64,000 nucleotides of DNA from the human T2T-CHM13v2.0 reference genome, Homo sapiens: the NCBI RefSeq assembly GCF_009914755.1, contig NC_060930.1. One strand, given 5' to 3'. The notes beneath the pieces were generated by a model. The model was not told the DNA's origin, did not search any database, and worked only from the letters and a program-made list of their open reading frames with translations. Below, piece after piece: positions 27,689-46,354 of the stretch; positions within the stretch are counted from its first letter, which is position 1; each line of letters opens with the position of its first letter. The position numbers and the translations under genes are program-made.

Positions 27689-27824
27689 ATATCCATAGAA
27701 TCTGTAGCTATGTCACCTTTGTGTTCATGATATTGTCCACTTGTGTTTTCATTTTTCCTGATCAGTTTGGCTAGAGTTCTATCAATTTTATTACCCTAAA
27801 TAACTGAATTTGGGTTTTATTGAT

Positions 27825-28550
<726 letters not shown>

Positions 28551-31500
28551 TTGATCTTCTTTATTGTTTTTGTTTTTTTATTTCATTAATTCTATCATGA
28601 TTTTCATTATTCCCTTTCATCTGCTTACTTTGAGTTTCATTTGCTCTTCTTGTTCTGGCTCAATAAGGTGAGAGCTGAGTTTATTGACTTGAGGCTCCTC
28701 TTCTTTTCTAAGTCAGGTGTGGAGTGGTATAAATTTCCCCTGAAGTATTGCTTCAGTAGCTGCCCACAAATTTTCATCTGTTGTGTTTTCATTTTCATTC
28801 TTTTAAATATAGTTTCAATTCCCCCCTTGTTTTCTTCTTTGTCTTGTGGGTTATTTAAAAGTGTCTTATTTAGTTCCCAAATATTTGTGGATTTTCAAAT
28901 ATTGCTGTTATTTATTTCTGGTTTAATTCTATTGTGGTCAGAGAATTTACTTTGTATGACCTGAATTCCTTCAAATTTATTAAAACTTGTTTTGTATCCT
29001 GAAATATGATCTATCTTAGTAAATACTTTTCACTTTTTAAAAAATGTGCATTCTTCTGGGTGAAGAGTTCTTTAAATGTCAATTAGGTCAGGTTGGTTGA
29101 TAGCGATGTTCATGTCTTTTATGTCTTCACTAATTTTCTGTCTACTCATTCTATCAATTATTGAAAGAGATGTATTAAAATCTCTAGGTATAATTGAGAA
29201 CTTGTCTATTTTTCCTTGTGGTTTTATCAGTTTTTGTTTCATGTGTTTTTAGCTTCTGTTATTAGCTGTATAAAGTTTTAGGTTCTATTATTAGCTACAT
29301 AAAGTTTTGTTATGTCCTCTTTAGGAACTGACCCAAATATCATTATAAATGGACCTTCTTTATCTTTGATAATACTTTTTGCTCTGACAGCTAGTTATCT
29401 GATATTGATATAGCCAGTCTATTTTTATTTTTATTAATGTTAGTATAGTACATTTTTTTCCAACTTTTTTCTTTTTGCGTATTTGTATCTTTGTATTTAA
29501 ATTGTGTTTCTGGTAGGCAGCAAAGGGTTGAGTTTTGCTCTTCTACTCAATTTGACAATCTCTGTCTTTTAATTCAGGTGTTTAGATCATTTACATTTAA
29601 CGTGCTTGTCGATATTTTTAGATTTAAATATATTATACTATGTGAAGTCTATTTGTCCTCTTTTTTTTAAATTCCACTTCCCTCTTTACACTTTTTTTTT
29701 TGGATTAATTAAGTATCTTTAAAACATCATTGTATGTTTTTTGTTGGCTTATTACCAATAACTTCTTGTTTTGTTCTCTTGGTGGTTTCTTTCCTATTCA
29801 TATGATACATCTTTAACAACATACCATGTCTTCAAATAACATATCACTTCATGTAGAGTATAAAAATCTTATGATATTACACTTAAACTTCTACCTTCCC
29901 AGCCTTTGTGCTATTGTTTTCATATATTTTACTTATACGTATAAAGCCTCATACTACATTGATATTATTTTTATTTAGTCAATTATCTTTTAGAGATATT
30001 TAAGCACTAATAATGCCATATTTACCCATATAGTTAATTTCTTATAGTGTGGATATTATGATGATGCATTCTTCCAGCATTTGTATTTCTGAAGAAGTTA
30101 TTTTCTTCATTTTTGCTGGGTATAGATTTCTTAAAAGATATTTTTAATAAGTATTGATTTCTAGTTAGCAGAGTTTTTTTTTTCTTTTAGGGTCTAAAGA
30201 TATTATCTTATTGTCATCTCACATGCCTTGTGTCTGATGAGAAATCTGCTGCTGTCCTTATTTTTGTTCTTTTGTAAGTAATACATTTTTTATCTATGGC
30301 TGCTTTTCAAGTTTTCTATGTATCACTGGTTTTGAGGAATTTTATTATGACACACTGTGTGGTAGTTTTATCATGTTTCTTGTGACTGGCATTTATTGAT
30401 CGTTTGTCTGTGGATTTAATTTTTATCAAATTTTTGTCTATTGTTTTCTTAAATATTTTTTGTCTGTTCCCTCTTCTCATTCCTCTTATTTGGAGACTAC
30501 AATTACATAAATATTAACTCACCTGAAGTTGTCCCACAGCTAACTGATGCTCTTCTTGTTTTAAATTCTTTTTGCTTTTGTTTTACTTTAGATAGTTTCT
30601 ATTTCTATGCCTTTAAGTTCACTAAACTTTTCTTCTACAATATGTAATGCTGTAAGTCTTATGAAATTTATTTTTTATTACAGACATTTTAGTTTTCATC
30701 TCTTGAGGTTGGGTTTGGGTCATTTGAATACATTTTCCATGCTACTTCTTAACTTTTAAACAGAGAGAATACATCCGACTATTGATGGGGAATCTGTCTC
30801 CCTTTGCATCTCACTTCTCTCCAGCATTCTGTCCTTGTTCTCCTGAGCTCAGTCTTCTTCTCCTGAGACTCTCAGCTCCATCCCCTCAACTCAAGGAGTC
30901 CAGTGGGCTCCCCTTGAGTTTTGTCTCCCAGTGGCACAGCCTAAAAACTCTCTCAAAGCTGCACGCTGGGGCAATTATAGGGCTTACCTTATATGTTTCT
31001 CATCAGTCAGGATCATTGTACTCTATTTTCTTATATTCAGTATCTCGAAAACTGTTGCTTTTTTTGTTGTTGTTCTTTTCTTTTCAGACAGGAGGATAAA
31101 TCCACTCTGTGCTACTCATCTTGGATGTAAGCCAAATTCCTCCTTTTTTTTAAAAAAAGCCATAAATGCTATTCCTTTACCTGAACTTAGTCTTAATAAT
31201 TACATAAAATTGTTAGCAACCCAATAAATAGAGAATTAGTAAATGAGAAAAAAACAAAGAAAATATTCAGAATGTATCACAGGAAAAAAGAAATAGAAAA
31301 TATGAAGAATTATGAGACATGGAGTAGAATGGAAAACTACAGCATATTTTTTGCATTCTGTTTCTTCTGGGTTTGATTTTCTTCTTACTAATGTACACCT
31401 TTTGTAGTTCTTTCAGTGATGGAAAGACCATGAGTCATAAACTCTCAGGTTTGATTCATTTGAAATTGTCTTTATTTTACCGTTACTCAAGAATAATAAT

Positions 31501-31939
31501 TTAGCTAGAGAAAACTTCCCAGGTTGGTAACTATTTTCTTCTAATGCTTAAAGGCATTATTTTATTGTTTTCTGGACTCTAGTATAGCTAATGAGAATTT
31601 TTCTATTCGTCTAGTTGTTTCTTTTGTAAATAATCTAGGTTTTACACTGATTGCTTTTAAAATTTTCATTTGTCTTTAGTAGCCTGCTGCATGCTACTGA
31701 TCATCATCTGGAATTCTGGTACTTTAATCCTTCTTGCTGCTACCACCACTTGGGAGTCAGACAGGAAGTAATCTTGAAAAGGCCATATTTTCTTTTATTA
31801 CTTTGTTTCATATACCCAGGACCAGCTTCATGGGTCTGCAACCTATGCAATCACAGAGAATGTCACATTTAAAAGGGTCCCAAACTTATTTTAGTGTTCT
31901 GCAATTGCCATCTTGTAATTCCTAATAATTTAAATTTGT

Positions 31940-32755
31940 TTAAATTTTATTTTTAATTGTGGTAAGATACACACAACATAAGATTTACCATCTGTTTTGT
32001 GTTGCTTATAAAGGAATACCTGAACTTGGGTAATTTATAAAGAAAGAGGTTTATTTAGTTCTCAGTTCTTCAGGCTATACAAAAAGCATGGAACCAGCAT
32101 CTGCTTTTGGTATGGGCTTCAGTAAGCTACCACTCATGGTGGAAGGCAAAGGGGAACTGACATGTGCAGAGATCACATGGTGAAAGAAGAGGAAAGGGGT
32201 GGGGGAAGGACCAGGCTCCTTTGAATAACCAGCTCTCATAGGAATTAATAAGAGTGAAAACTCATTAACCCCTGAGGGAGGGTAGTAATCTAATCATGAA
32301 GAATCCACCCCCATGACCCAAACACCTTCCAATTGGCCCCACCTGCCAACACCACCACAGTGGAAATTAAATTTCAAAATGAAATTTGATGGGAACAAAC
32401 CATAGCAGTATTGTATCAATTTTTGCATCTACATTCAGTAGAGTTAAGTACATTAACATTATGAAACCAATCTCCAGAACTCTTTTTACCTTGCAGAACT
32501 GAAATTCTTTCTCCATTAAACAACAACTCCCATTTCCTCTCTCTCAATCCTTGTTAATTACTATTCTACTTTCTGTCTGAAGTTGACTACTCTAGGTACC
32601 TCATATAAGTGAGATTACACAGTATTTGTCCTTTTGTGGCTAGCTTTTTTCACTTAGCATAATATCCTCAAGATCCATCCATATTGTAGCATGTGTGGCA
32701 TTTCCTTCCCTTTTAAGGGCGAATAACATTCCACTGTAGGTATATAACACATTGG
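31940..32755 (-). mobile_element. L1MB-type 3' end interrupted by an MST LTR
   Basis: TTTTAATTGTGGTAAGATACACACAACATAAGATTTACCATC...GGTACCTCATATAAGTG. Confidence 0.8.
31991..32407 (-). mobile_element. MSTB-type solo LTR
   Basis: GAATACCTGAACTTGGGTAATTTATAAAGAAAGAGG...AAACCATAGCA. Confidence 0.85.
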
Positions 32756-33590
32756 GTGAAAATTCTGAAAAATACTTTTGAAAAAGTGTTCCCACATTTT
32801 AATTTCACACTAGTCCTGTAAATTATGCAACTGGTCCTGTTTTTATTTAATTATACAAGAATTTTACTTTAAAAAACTGTAAAGGAATACAGTATAGGAG
32901 GGGAAATTAATCAATAGTGTATGCTTCACAAGACTACTTTCCATAGTCCAAAAGAAAATTACACAGAGTTAAACCCTTCGTAGATATACACCACATACCC
33001 AGCCTTGCCCCCTGACCCTTGGGTCTCCCTCCCTCTAAGGAGGCTTTTCCTTCTCTAACAACTGGAGTGTGAGTCTTCATCTCCCCTTTGGAAAAACCCC
33101 TCCCCTACTCACTGGTATCAGTCATGTCCAAGAATTCTCATCCTACCCATTTCCACATCTCAACCAGCACAATCTCTAGGACAATATTTTCCAGTAGGAA
33201 ATTTCCCAGGTTAAGCTAGGATATCACTGGGACATGAGTTTTCCTAAGGACAGTCAAGATAAATATTGGCACTCTGAGTTCTCTCTGAGATCAAGTCAGT
33301 GCTCTCTGAGATCTCCCTGGTAGTGTAATGTAGAAATATGCCTTCCTCAGTCATCTCACAGGTAATTCTTGCCTCAGGAGAGATGTTAAGTTCCAGAAAC
33401 ATCACAATTGCGACTTGTAATAAGAATGAGAGAGTTTCTCTAATTACAGTCTATTGTGCTCAGGCTGCTTCCACAGCCAATGACAATATATATTATTTTG
33501 TCCACAAGTGACAGGTTGCCCTTTGTCTCCTTTCTAATTCAAAATTTGACCAGAGGCCCAGAGCACATAAAAAATGAGCCCTAGCAAATA

Positions 33591-33928
33591 CACTCATCCT
33601 TCCGTGGCCCTGGGGGATTGGTTCCAGGACCCCCATGGATACCAAAATCCACACATACTCAAGTCCTTTGTATAACACAGTGTAGTATTTACATATAACC
33701 TATGCACATCCTCTTGTATGTTTTAAATCATCTCTAGATTACTTATAATATCTAATACAATGTAAATGCTATCTACATAGTTATACTCTATTGTTTAGGG
33801 AATATTGACAAGAAAAAATGTCTGTATATTTTCAGTGCAGACAAAAATATTCATTTTTTAAAAATATTTTTAATACGTGCTTGGTTGAATTCATGGATGT
33901 GAAACTCATGAATACAGGGGAGCAACTG
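33591..33928 (+). mobile_element. MER2 (TcMar-Tigger MITE)
   Basis: GGGGATTGGTTCCAGGACCCCCATGGATACCAAAATCC; TA dinucleotide on both flanks; ~340 bp. Confidence 0.9.
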
Positions 33929-34489
33929 TAAAGCTTTTGCAAACTATAGAGCCATTCACTTTTTGGGGTCCTCCCTGTGGTCACACAAATACCTAGATCA
34001 GGCTTTGACCTAAGAGTTTTGCTGCAAAAGTGAATCAGAATTAAAGTAGTTTCATAATTTTTAAAGCAATTCCCAAGGCCTAGAGGATGGGATGCTGCAG
34101 AGGGCTGGGGAGTGTGTGTGTGTTTGTGTGTGGTGCTTGAGGGTGGTGTGAGGGAACGTGATGCTGCTCATAACATGAGTTTAGATGAATGAGCCTGTGA
34201 AATGGAATTGGGTGACAAAATAATCCTCAGGGAAAGCCTGTTAGGTGGTTGGAGTTCTAATTATAAATGAAAGAGGTCAGACCTCATTATGATAAAAATG
34301 CAGTTTTAGCTTCATGATTTCAGCTAGTGCTTTTGATCCAGCTATTAAAAATCCTGCAAAGATTTTAAAGGCAATTTGGTTCATTTAATAGATTGTCTAG
34401 ACCTGAGCTGACCAGCGGGGTGGCTTTGGGTCATTTAAAACGTGCTGTACATGTAAAAGTCCCAGTTGATTTTGAAGACTAATGAAAAA

Positions 34490-34778
34490 TAAGAAAGCCA
34501 AATATTAAAAAATATAACATTTTGTACATATTGGGTTAAATAATATGCTATTATAGTTTTAACTGTTTATTTTTACTTTGATTTTCCTGTGGGGTTTTTT
34601 TTCAGTGAAAACCAAAAAACCTGTTAGAAATTCTAACACTAGTCCTTTAGAATTTAGAATTCTGAATTCTAAAAGAGTTGTAACGCTTCTTTTTAGTTTT
34701 CAAATGGAGCTACTACATTTAAAATTGCACAGTGACTTGGTTTTGTGGCTCACATTACATTTCTATTAGACAGCACTG
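34490..34778 (-). mobile_element. Degraded MER33
   Basis: ATATTGGGTTAAATAA and terminal TTTCTATTAGACAGCACTG. Confidence 0.6.
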
Positions 34779-35064
34779 GTCCAGAATCCATTTAGTTTTT
34801 GACATAAATTAGATCTTTGATAGTCTCAGATTTATTTTCATCCCCAAGGTTCATGACGTTTTGCATACTTCCTAACTGCAGTCTCAGAAGTGAGTCAATT
34901 GCAGCGGGTTAGGTGACACTAGCCTGCCTGCCAGCACTCTTGCCTCCAACTCTCTACAAGTTGTCTCCTACACATACCTCAGGTGAAGAGGGAATCATTT
35001 ATTTCTTTGAGGAAAAGAAGACTCTTCCCTCCAACCAAGCTGATGTTCCAAACTATTTTTTTTT

Positions 35065-35367
<303 letters not shown>

Positions 35368-36779
35368 TAAACTGTAGGGTATAGTAAGTAGCAAATTGTC
35401 AAATTTAGCAGAGCTTTTCATTATAATATCCATGAGTCTATCAACCATGCTATAAATAAATAGGTGACTTAAAGCCTTAAATGTCTTTCTGAATGCTCTG
35501 GCCAGAGCAGAAAATGGAGAGATGACTTCAGCAAATGCTGAATTGCAATTCGACTTTATTCTTAATGAGGCAGATAATTTGTAGTGTGATGAAATACACA
35601 GAAAATGCTATGTTCAGTGGACTCAGGAGAGACTTAATAGATAGAAAACTTCTTTTGCTCCTGGAAGCTAAAGGGAAGGAGAAGGGAGACAGAGGAGAGA
35701 TAAAGGGAAAGACAAGAGGTATCAAAAGACTATATATTCAGGAGATTCTGTTCCAAGATGGCTGAATAGGAACAGCTCCAGTATGCAGCTCCCAGCATGA
35801 TCGATGCAGAAGACGGGTGATTTCTGCATTTCCAACTGAGGTACCTGGTTCATCTCATTGGGATTTGCTGGACAGTGGATGCAGCCCACGGAGGGTGAGC
35901 TGAAGCAGGGCAGGGCATCGCCTCACCCGGGAAGCCCAAGGGGTTGGGGGATTTCCTTTTCCTGGCCAAGGGAAGTTTTCCACATAGCACCTGGAAAACT
36001 GGGACATTCCCACCCAAATACTGTGCTTTTCTAACGGTCTTAGCAAATGGCACACCAGATTATATCCTGCACCTGGCTCGGAGGATCCCAAGCCCACAGA
36101 GCCTTGCTTACTGCTAGCGCAGCAGTCTGAGATTGACCTGCGAGGCAGCAGCCTGGCAGGGAGAGGGGCATCTGCCATTACTGAGGCTTGAGTAGGTAAA
36201 AAAAAGTGGCCGGAGAAGTTCAAACTGGGCGGAGCCCACTGCAGCTTAGCAAGGCCAGCTGCCTCCGTAGTCTCCACCTCTGGGGGCGGGGCATAGCTGA
36301 ACAAAAAGCAGCAGAAACTTCTGCAGACTTAAACATCCCAGTCTGACAGCTCTGAAGAGAACAGTGGTTCTCCCAGCACAGTGTTTGAGCTCAGAGAACG
36401 GACAGACTGCCTCCTCAAGTGGGTCCCTGACCCCCATGTAGCTTAACTGGGAGACATCTTCCCGTAGGGGCCAACTGATACCTCATACATGAGGGTGCCC
36501 CTCTGGGACAAAGCTTCCGGGGGAAGGATGAGGCAGCAATATTTGCTATTCTGCAATATTTGCTGTTCTTCAGTCTCCACTGGTGATACCCAGGCAACCA
36601 GGGTCTGGGGTGGACCTCCAGCAAACTCCAACAGACCTGCAGTTGAGGGACCTGACTGTTACAAGGAAAACTAACAAACAGAAAGGAATAGCATCAACAT
36701 CAACAAAAAGGACATCCACACCAAAACCCCATCTGTAGGTCACCAACATCAAAGACCAAAGGTAGATAAAACCACAAAG

Positions 36780-37803
36780 ATGGGGATAAACCAGAGCAGA
36801 AAAGCTGAAAATTGTAAAAGCCAGAGAGCCTCTTCTCCTCCAAAGGATCACAGCTCCTTGCCAGCAATGGAACAAAGCTGGACGGAGAATGACTTTGATG
36901 AGCTGACAGAAGTCGGCTTCAGAAGGTTGGTAATAACAAACTTCTCCGAGCTAAAGGAGGATGTTCAAACCCATTGCAAGGAAGCTAAAAACCTTGAAAA
37001 AAGATTAGACAAATGGCTAACTAGAATAAACAGTGTAGAGAAGACCTTAAATGACCTGATGGAGCTGAAAACCACGGCACGAGAACTACGTGATGCATGT
37101 ACAAGCTTCAATAGCCGATTTGAACAAGCAGAAGAAAGGGTATCAGTGATAGAAGATCAAATTAATGAAATAAAGCAACAAGAGAAGTTTAGAGAAAAAA
37201 AGTAAAAGGAAATGAACAAAGCCTCCAGGAAATATGAGACTATGTGAAAAGACCAAATCTACTTTTGATTGGTGTACCTGAAAGTGACGGGGAGAATGGA
37301 ACCAAGTTGGAAAACACTCTTCAGGATATTATCCTGGAAAACTTCCTCAACCTAGCAAGGCAGGCCAACATTCAAATTCAGGAAATACAAAGAACAGCAC
37401 AAAGATACTCCTTGAGAAGAGCAACACCAAGACACATAATTGTCAGATTCACTAAGGTTGAAATGAAGGAAAAATGTTAAGGGCAGCCAGAGAGAAAGGT
37501 CGGGTTACCCACAAAGGAAAGCCCATCAGACTAACAGTGGATCTCTCGGAAGAAAGTCTACAAGCCAGAAGAGAGTGGGGGCCAAGATTCAACATTCTTA
37601 AAGAAAAGAATTTTCAACCCAGAATTTCATATCCAGCCAAACTAAGCTTCATAAGTGAAGGAGAAATAAAATCCTTTACAGACAAGCAAATGCTGAGAGA
37701 TTTTGTCACCACCAGGCCTGCCTTACAAGAGCTCCTGAAGGAAGCACTAAACATGGAAAGGAACAACTGGTACCAGCCACTGCAAAAACATGCCAAATTA
37801 TAA
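36780..37803 (+). pseudogene. L1 ORF1p, frameshifted
   Basis: Three fragments: MGINQSRKAEN..., KRPNLLLIGVPE..., MLRAAREKGRVTHKGKPIRL...QPLQKHAKL. Confidence 0.93.
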
Positions 37804-37866
37804 AGACCATTGATGCTAGGAAGAAACTGCGTCAACTAATGGGCAAAATAAACAGCTAACATCATA

Positions 37867-41680
<3,814 letters not shown>

Positions 41681-43231
41681 CAATGAGCACACTTGGACAC
41701 AGGGTGGGGAACATCACACCCGGGGGGCCTGTCGTGGGGTCGGGGGGAAGGGGAGGGATAGCATTAGGAAAAATACCTAATGTAAATGACGGGTTACTGG
41801 GTGCAGCAAACCAACATGGCACATGTATACCTACGTAACAAACCTGCACGTTGTGCACATGTACCCTAAAACTTAAAGTATATATATAAAAAATACTATT
41901 CAGTAGGATTTTATTAATTCTGTATGTTAAGAATATGCTGTATGCATTAACTTTTCATTTACTGAGCAAAAGTTTTTTGATTTTGGTATTTGGTTAATAA
42001 ATGAACAATAATTTTATTCTATAATGTTCAGAATATTTTAGAATTCATTTGGTGTTGTCGAGCAAAAAATTTATGAAAGGATATAGCTCATTTATTTTTC
42101 TTTTCAATTATATTTCATGAAGTTCAAGTGTGAAGGTATAGTTTGTGCTCATCAATTAATATATCCTGTCATGCCTAAAAATGTTGGATTTATACTTTTC
42201 TATAGTCCTAATATTTAACTTGAAAATCTTCTTGGGGACTTCTTTTAAGTTCAGTGTTTCTAAGAAGTTCTTAGTTTGTTAATTTTTTTCCAAGCTGATT
42301 TAGAAACTTTTTGAATGCATCTTAAAATTTTTTGAAGAAATACATTTTTTCTTTGTGTGCTATAAAGTACTCCAGTACTCCTTTAGCATACGTGTATGAG
42401 GTAACAGAACTAACATCTTTGTGGAAACTGCTTTTCTTGTGTAGTTACCTTATTGCGCCTATTGTGTCTGGGAGAAGTCACTGATTTTTCTGGATATTCT
42501 CCAAATGTCTTTACCAGTGTTTAGCATTATAATAGGAGTCAAGTCTTTTTTTTTTCCACTATAATTTCAGATCGTGAATGTACTCCAGAATAAATATAGT
42601 ACATAGTTTGTCTTTGCAATGCAAAACCTCAGTCATGTGCCTCCCCACCCCTCCTGGGGGTTAATATTAGGAATTAGAATAAGTCAATGAAATATGGGAA
42701 CATATTTCATGATCTCACTCATGGCCTGCTTGAGAGGGCCTGAAATAACTACTGAGTAAAAAATAATATTAATCTTAATTGAATTTTCCTAAAGTTAATT
42801 GTGATAATGGTTATTTTTCTACTAGGTAAATCAACTGCTTTTTTGAGAATAAATGCCTAAATGAAATCCTGCTTATTTCAATCTATTTAATGCATCTTTA
42901 ACATTGAATCAGCATTAGAGTTGTGGCTGTTTTTATTATTATAATTTAACCTCAGTTTTAATATCATATTTAGATTAACTATTTAACAGCTGAACTTGTA
43001 ATAGCTGTGCATGTTGAGGGCCGCTTCCTGCTAATACCTTTGATTTTCTGTCTGGGGACTTCCTTTTTGACCACTGGGGCATGAATGCCCTGCTCATACA
43101 AAGGCTAAGCCAGGAGTGCAGGGGAATTAACTTCAGAAACAGCTCACAAGCAGTGTTAAGGGGGAAGCTAGTAATGACTATCACAGTTTTCTCACCCCTT
43201 CATCTGATTAACTTTGAGGCATATTCTACCT

Positions 43232-43311
43232 CAGTACTTTACAAACTTTATCATTTGGGGATCCTGTTAAAAATTCACATCCTGATTCAGTGGATTTGTG
43301 GTAGAGCTTCA

Positions 43312-43357
<46 letters not shown>

Positions 43358-43380
43358 GTCCGCTTTGAGTAGCAGGCTCT
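43232..43380. mobile_element. MER5-type hAT MITE containing a (GAT)15 microsatellite
   Basis: TTGTTAAAAA-like and CTGATTCAGT motifs, ...GGTCCGCTTTGAGTAGC end. Confidence 0.6.
43312..43356. repeat. (GAT)15 perfect trinucleotide STR
   Basis: 15 uninterrupted GAT units. Confidence 0.98.
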
Positions 43381-43574
43381 ACACTGTCTCTCAGAATTCC
43401 CCAGTGGAATTCAGCTTCATTTGCCCTCAGTGGTAACTTTCTTGATTATTCTCCTTTGGTTGGTTTTCTTCTCTTGCCTGTTTCTCACTTCTCTATTCCC
43501 CTACTAGTGTTTCCTACTTGCATGTGAATTCTTATTTCAGGTTGCTTCTGGGGTAACCCAAGCCAAGAATATGC

Positions 43575-43885
43575 ATCTATCTATTTATCTATCTGCTCAC
43601 CTATCCATCCATCTATTCATCTACATCTATCCATCCATCCATCCATCCATCCATCCATCCATCCATCCATTTACCTATCTATCTAGCTATGTAATGCATT
43701 CATCTATCTTCTATTTATCTATTTATGTAATCTATTTATCTATCTTATCTATCATGTGTCTAATATATTCATTTATCCACCTATCTATTCATCTACCTAA
43801 TCTATTCATCTATGTATCTACTATTTATCTAATCTATTCATCTATCCATCTATCTAATCTGTCTACCTACTTACCTACCTATCTG
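43575..43885. repeat. Compound (TCTA)n/(TCCA)n tetranucleotide repeat
   Basis: Direct reading. Confidence 0.95.
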
Positions 43886-44444
43886 GAACATAGCAACAGA
43901 GCACAGCCTCTTAAAAAATCCAGTAAATTGAAGAGCTGAAAGAGAAAGAATGAAGACATACTGGAGGGGGTGGAAAGGAAAAGTTGATGACTACCACCTA
44001 AAGGGACTTTTTCTTCCTCCTTGTGTCATTTTCAACAGGATGTGGTATCATGGAGCTCTGGTGAAAGAAGAGACTAGGCAGTTAGCTATGGCTACATAAA
44101 TGGGACAGCTCCAGAAGTCCATGGAGGGATCCCCTTTCTACTAGGAAAGATGGGCAAGGACTTTATGCCTGATTCTATTATTCAGGGCACATTGCTGACA
44201 GGGTTGGCCAGTGAGGCCATAGAGAGAAGGCAGGCCAAATGCTAATCTTGGAAAGGACGGAAATCAGCATAAGCAGAGAGACACAGGGTGAAGTGGTAGC
44301 GGAGAGCGGATGCCACAGTGTGTGGGCTTGTGGGTCAGCCCTATTAAAGGGAGGAAATCAGTAAATGGGCTTGCAGATGGTTACCCAAGATTTCTTCATG
44401 ACTTTGTGCAGCCTGTACAATGTATGCTCCTTATCTTGTGGGAG

Positions 44445-44630
44445 TGTAATTGAGAGCCTTGGACTTCCTCAGCTCAGATCCCAACTCTGCCACCTCCTGG
44501 TTATGCTACCTTAGCATGTGTATTCAACCTCTTTAAGCATCGGTCTTCCCATCTATGTAGTGGGGACAGTAATTCCTATTTCATGGGATTGTCATAAAAA
44601 TTAAATGAGATATTTTGTACAAAGTGCTGC
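44445..44630 (+). mobile_element. MIR
   Basis: CAGATCCCAACTCTGCCAC...ATTAAATGAGATA. Confidence 0.75.
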
Positions 44631-46061
44631 CTTTATTACAGCTGGAGGATAAGAGAGCAGCCCTGATACTGTAAATATTCCCAAGAATGATGAGGAAATG
44701 ACGGTGGACCTTTTACTTGATTCCAGCGTTATGAACACACACACACACACATACACACACAGATATAAGCACACATATGTTTAATAGCATATAGGTAGAA
44801 AGCCACAGGAGCGGTAATACCCTGATTATGTAAATCAACCCCAGCTCTAACAGCTAAAAAACCCTACTACTGCTCTTAGCTATGCATGAAATCACCCCCG
44901 TGAAACTTCTTTGAATAAAGCAAACATCTGTTCTTGGTGGAATGCAAAAGAGAAACTTTATTTGAAGTTCCTGCTTCCCCTTCTCATTAAAAGTATTTCG
45001 AGCACTATTAAAATAGTTTCTGCCAAGAGCACTTTTTGTGCTCTTCAGTTTCTTAGGTTCACTGGCCTGAGAACCAGCATTCAGCATTCTTAGTCCCACC
45101 ATAGCTGGGAGTCTGGGGTCTGGGAAAGGGATAGAGTCAGTTTGTTTTTGCCATCAAGACCCTCTGATCGCCTCAGATGGTCTCACCTGCTATTGCTTCT
45201 TTCCCGTCCTGACAGGTTGATATTCTGGAAGCAAGATCTTGGAAGGCCAAGGACAGGTCATTTCTTAGGACTGTGCAAAAGAGAATCAGTCTTTACAGTA
45301 AGCTATTTGATTCTAGTAGTTCTTTCATCTCAGTCTTTTGAAAGCAACTTCCCCTCTTTAACCAACACCTGCCATGGCCTCTTCATGAGCCGAAGAAGGT
45401 GAGTGCTGATGGAAATCCCAGATGTGGCCAAAACTCCCCAGCAGCAGACAGGTCAAAGGTCTTTTGTACCCTTTCCCGTAACGGGTGGCACTTGATCTTC
45501 AGAGTGGCTTACACTGTTCAAGAGGGTTTGAATCATAAGACATTTGGGGTTAAAAAAAAAAACCTGTCATTTTGCATTTTGATTTTTGTAGAGCCAACTA
45601 CAACGTATTTGAAAATTGTGTTCTTGAAATAAGCCTGTAATAGTAGGCGTCAAAAGTATCAGAGATAAAATGTCTACTCTTTTAGTGGCGTAAGTTGTCG
45701 TTGTTTCAAATTACATTTCCTTGTACTATATGATGGATGTACTATGCACACACACTTTATCACACACGTGTGTGTGTGGGAGTGGAAATGTGTAGGTAGT
45801 CAGAGAGGGAAGAATAAAGAATTCATGCTAATGTCTAAATAAATGAATTAATTAGTGAAATAAATAGATTCCTGTTTACACTATACTACAATTTTTAAGG
45901 ATAACCAGTTGTTAATTAATACACTGGACTTGAAGGAGACTCATTTGTGTTGAAACATGAAATGTTTGTCCTCTCTCCTTCTCCCTCCCACCTGGAAAAC
46001 ATGAAAGATCTGCAACTCACACATACTAGTGTAATTTAAACACACTTTGAAAGAATTGATA

Positions 46062-46354
<293 letters not shown>

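Larger units (their letters stand above)
31817..32839 (+). mobile_element. MER91A-like hAT MITE split by an L1MB fragment
   Basis: CAGGACCAGCTTCATGGG start and AATTATGCAACTGGTCCTG end form terminal inverted repeats; halves ~31817-31930 and ~32775-32839. Confidence 0.7.
42980..43570. mobile_element. Old ERVL LTR (LTR16-like) interrupted by MER5
   Basis: GGAGTGCAGGGGAATTAAC motif and terminal CTTCTGGGGTAACCCAAGCCAAGA. Confidence 0.55.

Noticed and set aside
43081-43368. ORF with poly-Asp tail
   Set aside because: Runs through LTR/MER5 relics into the (GAT)15 STR
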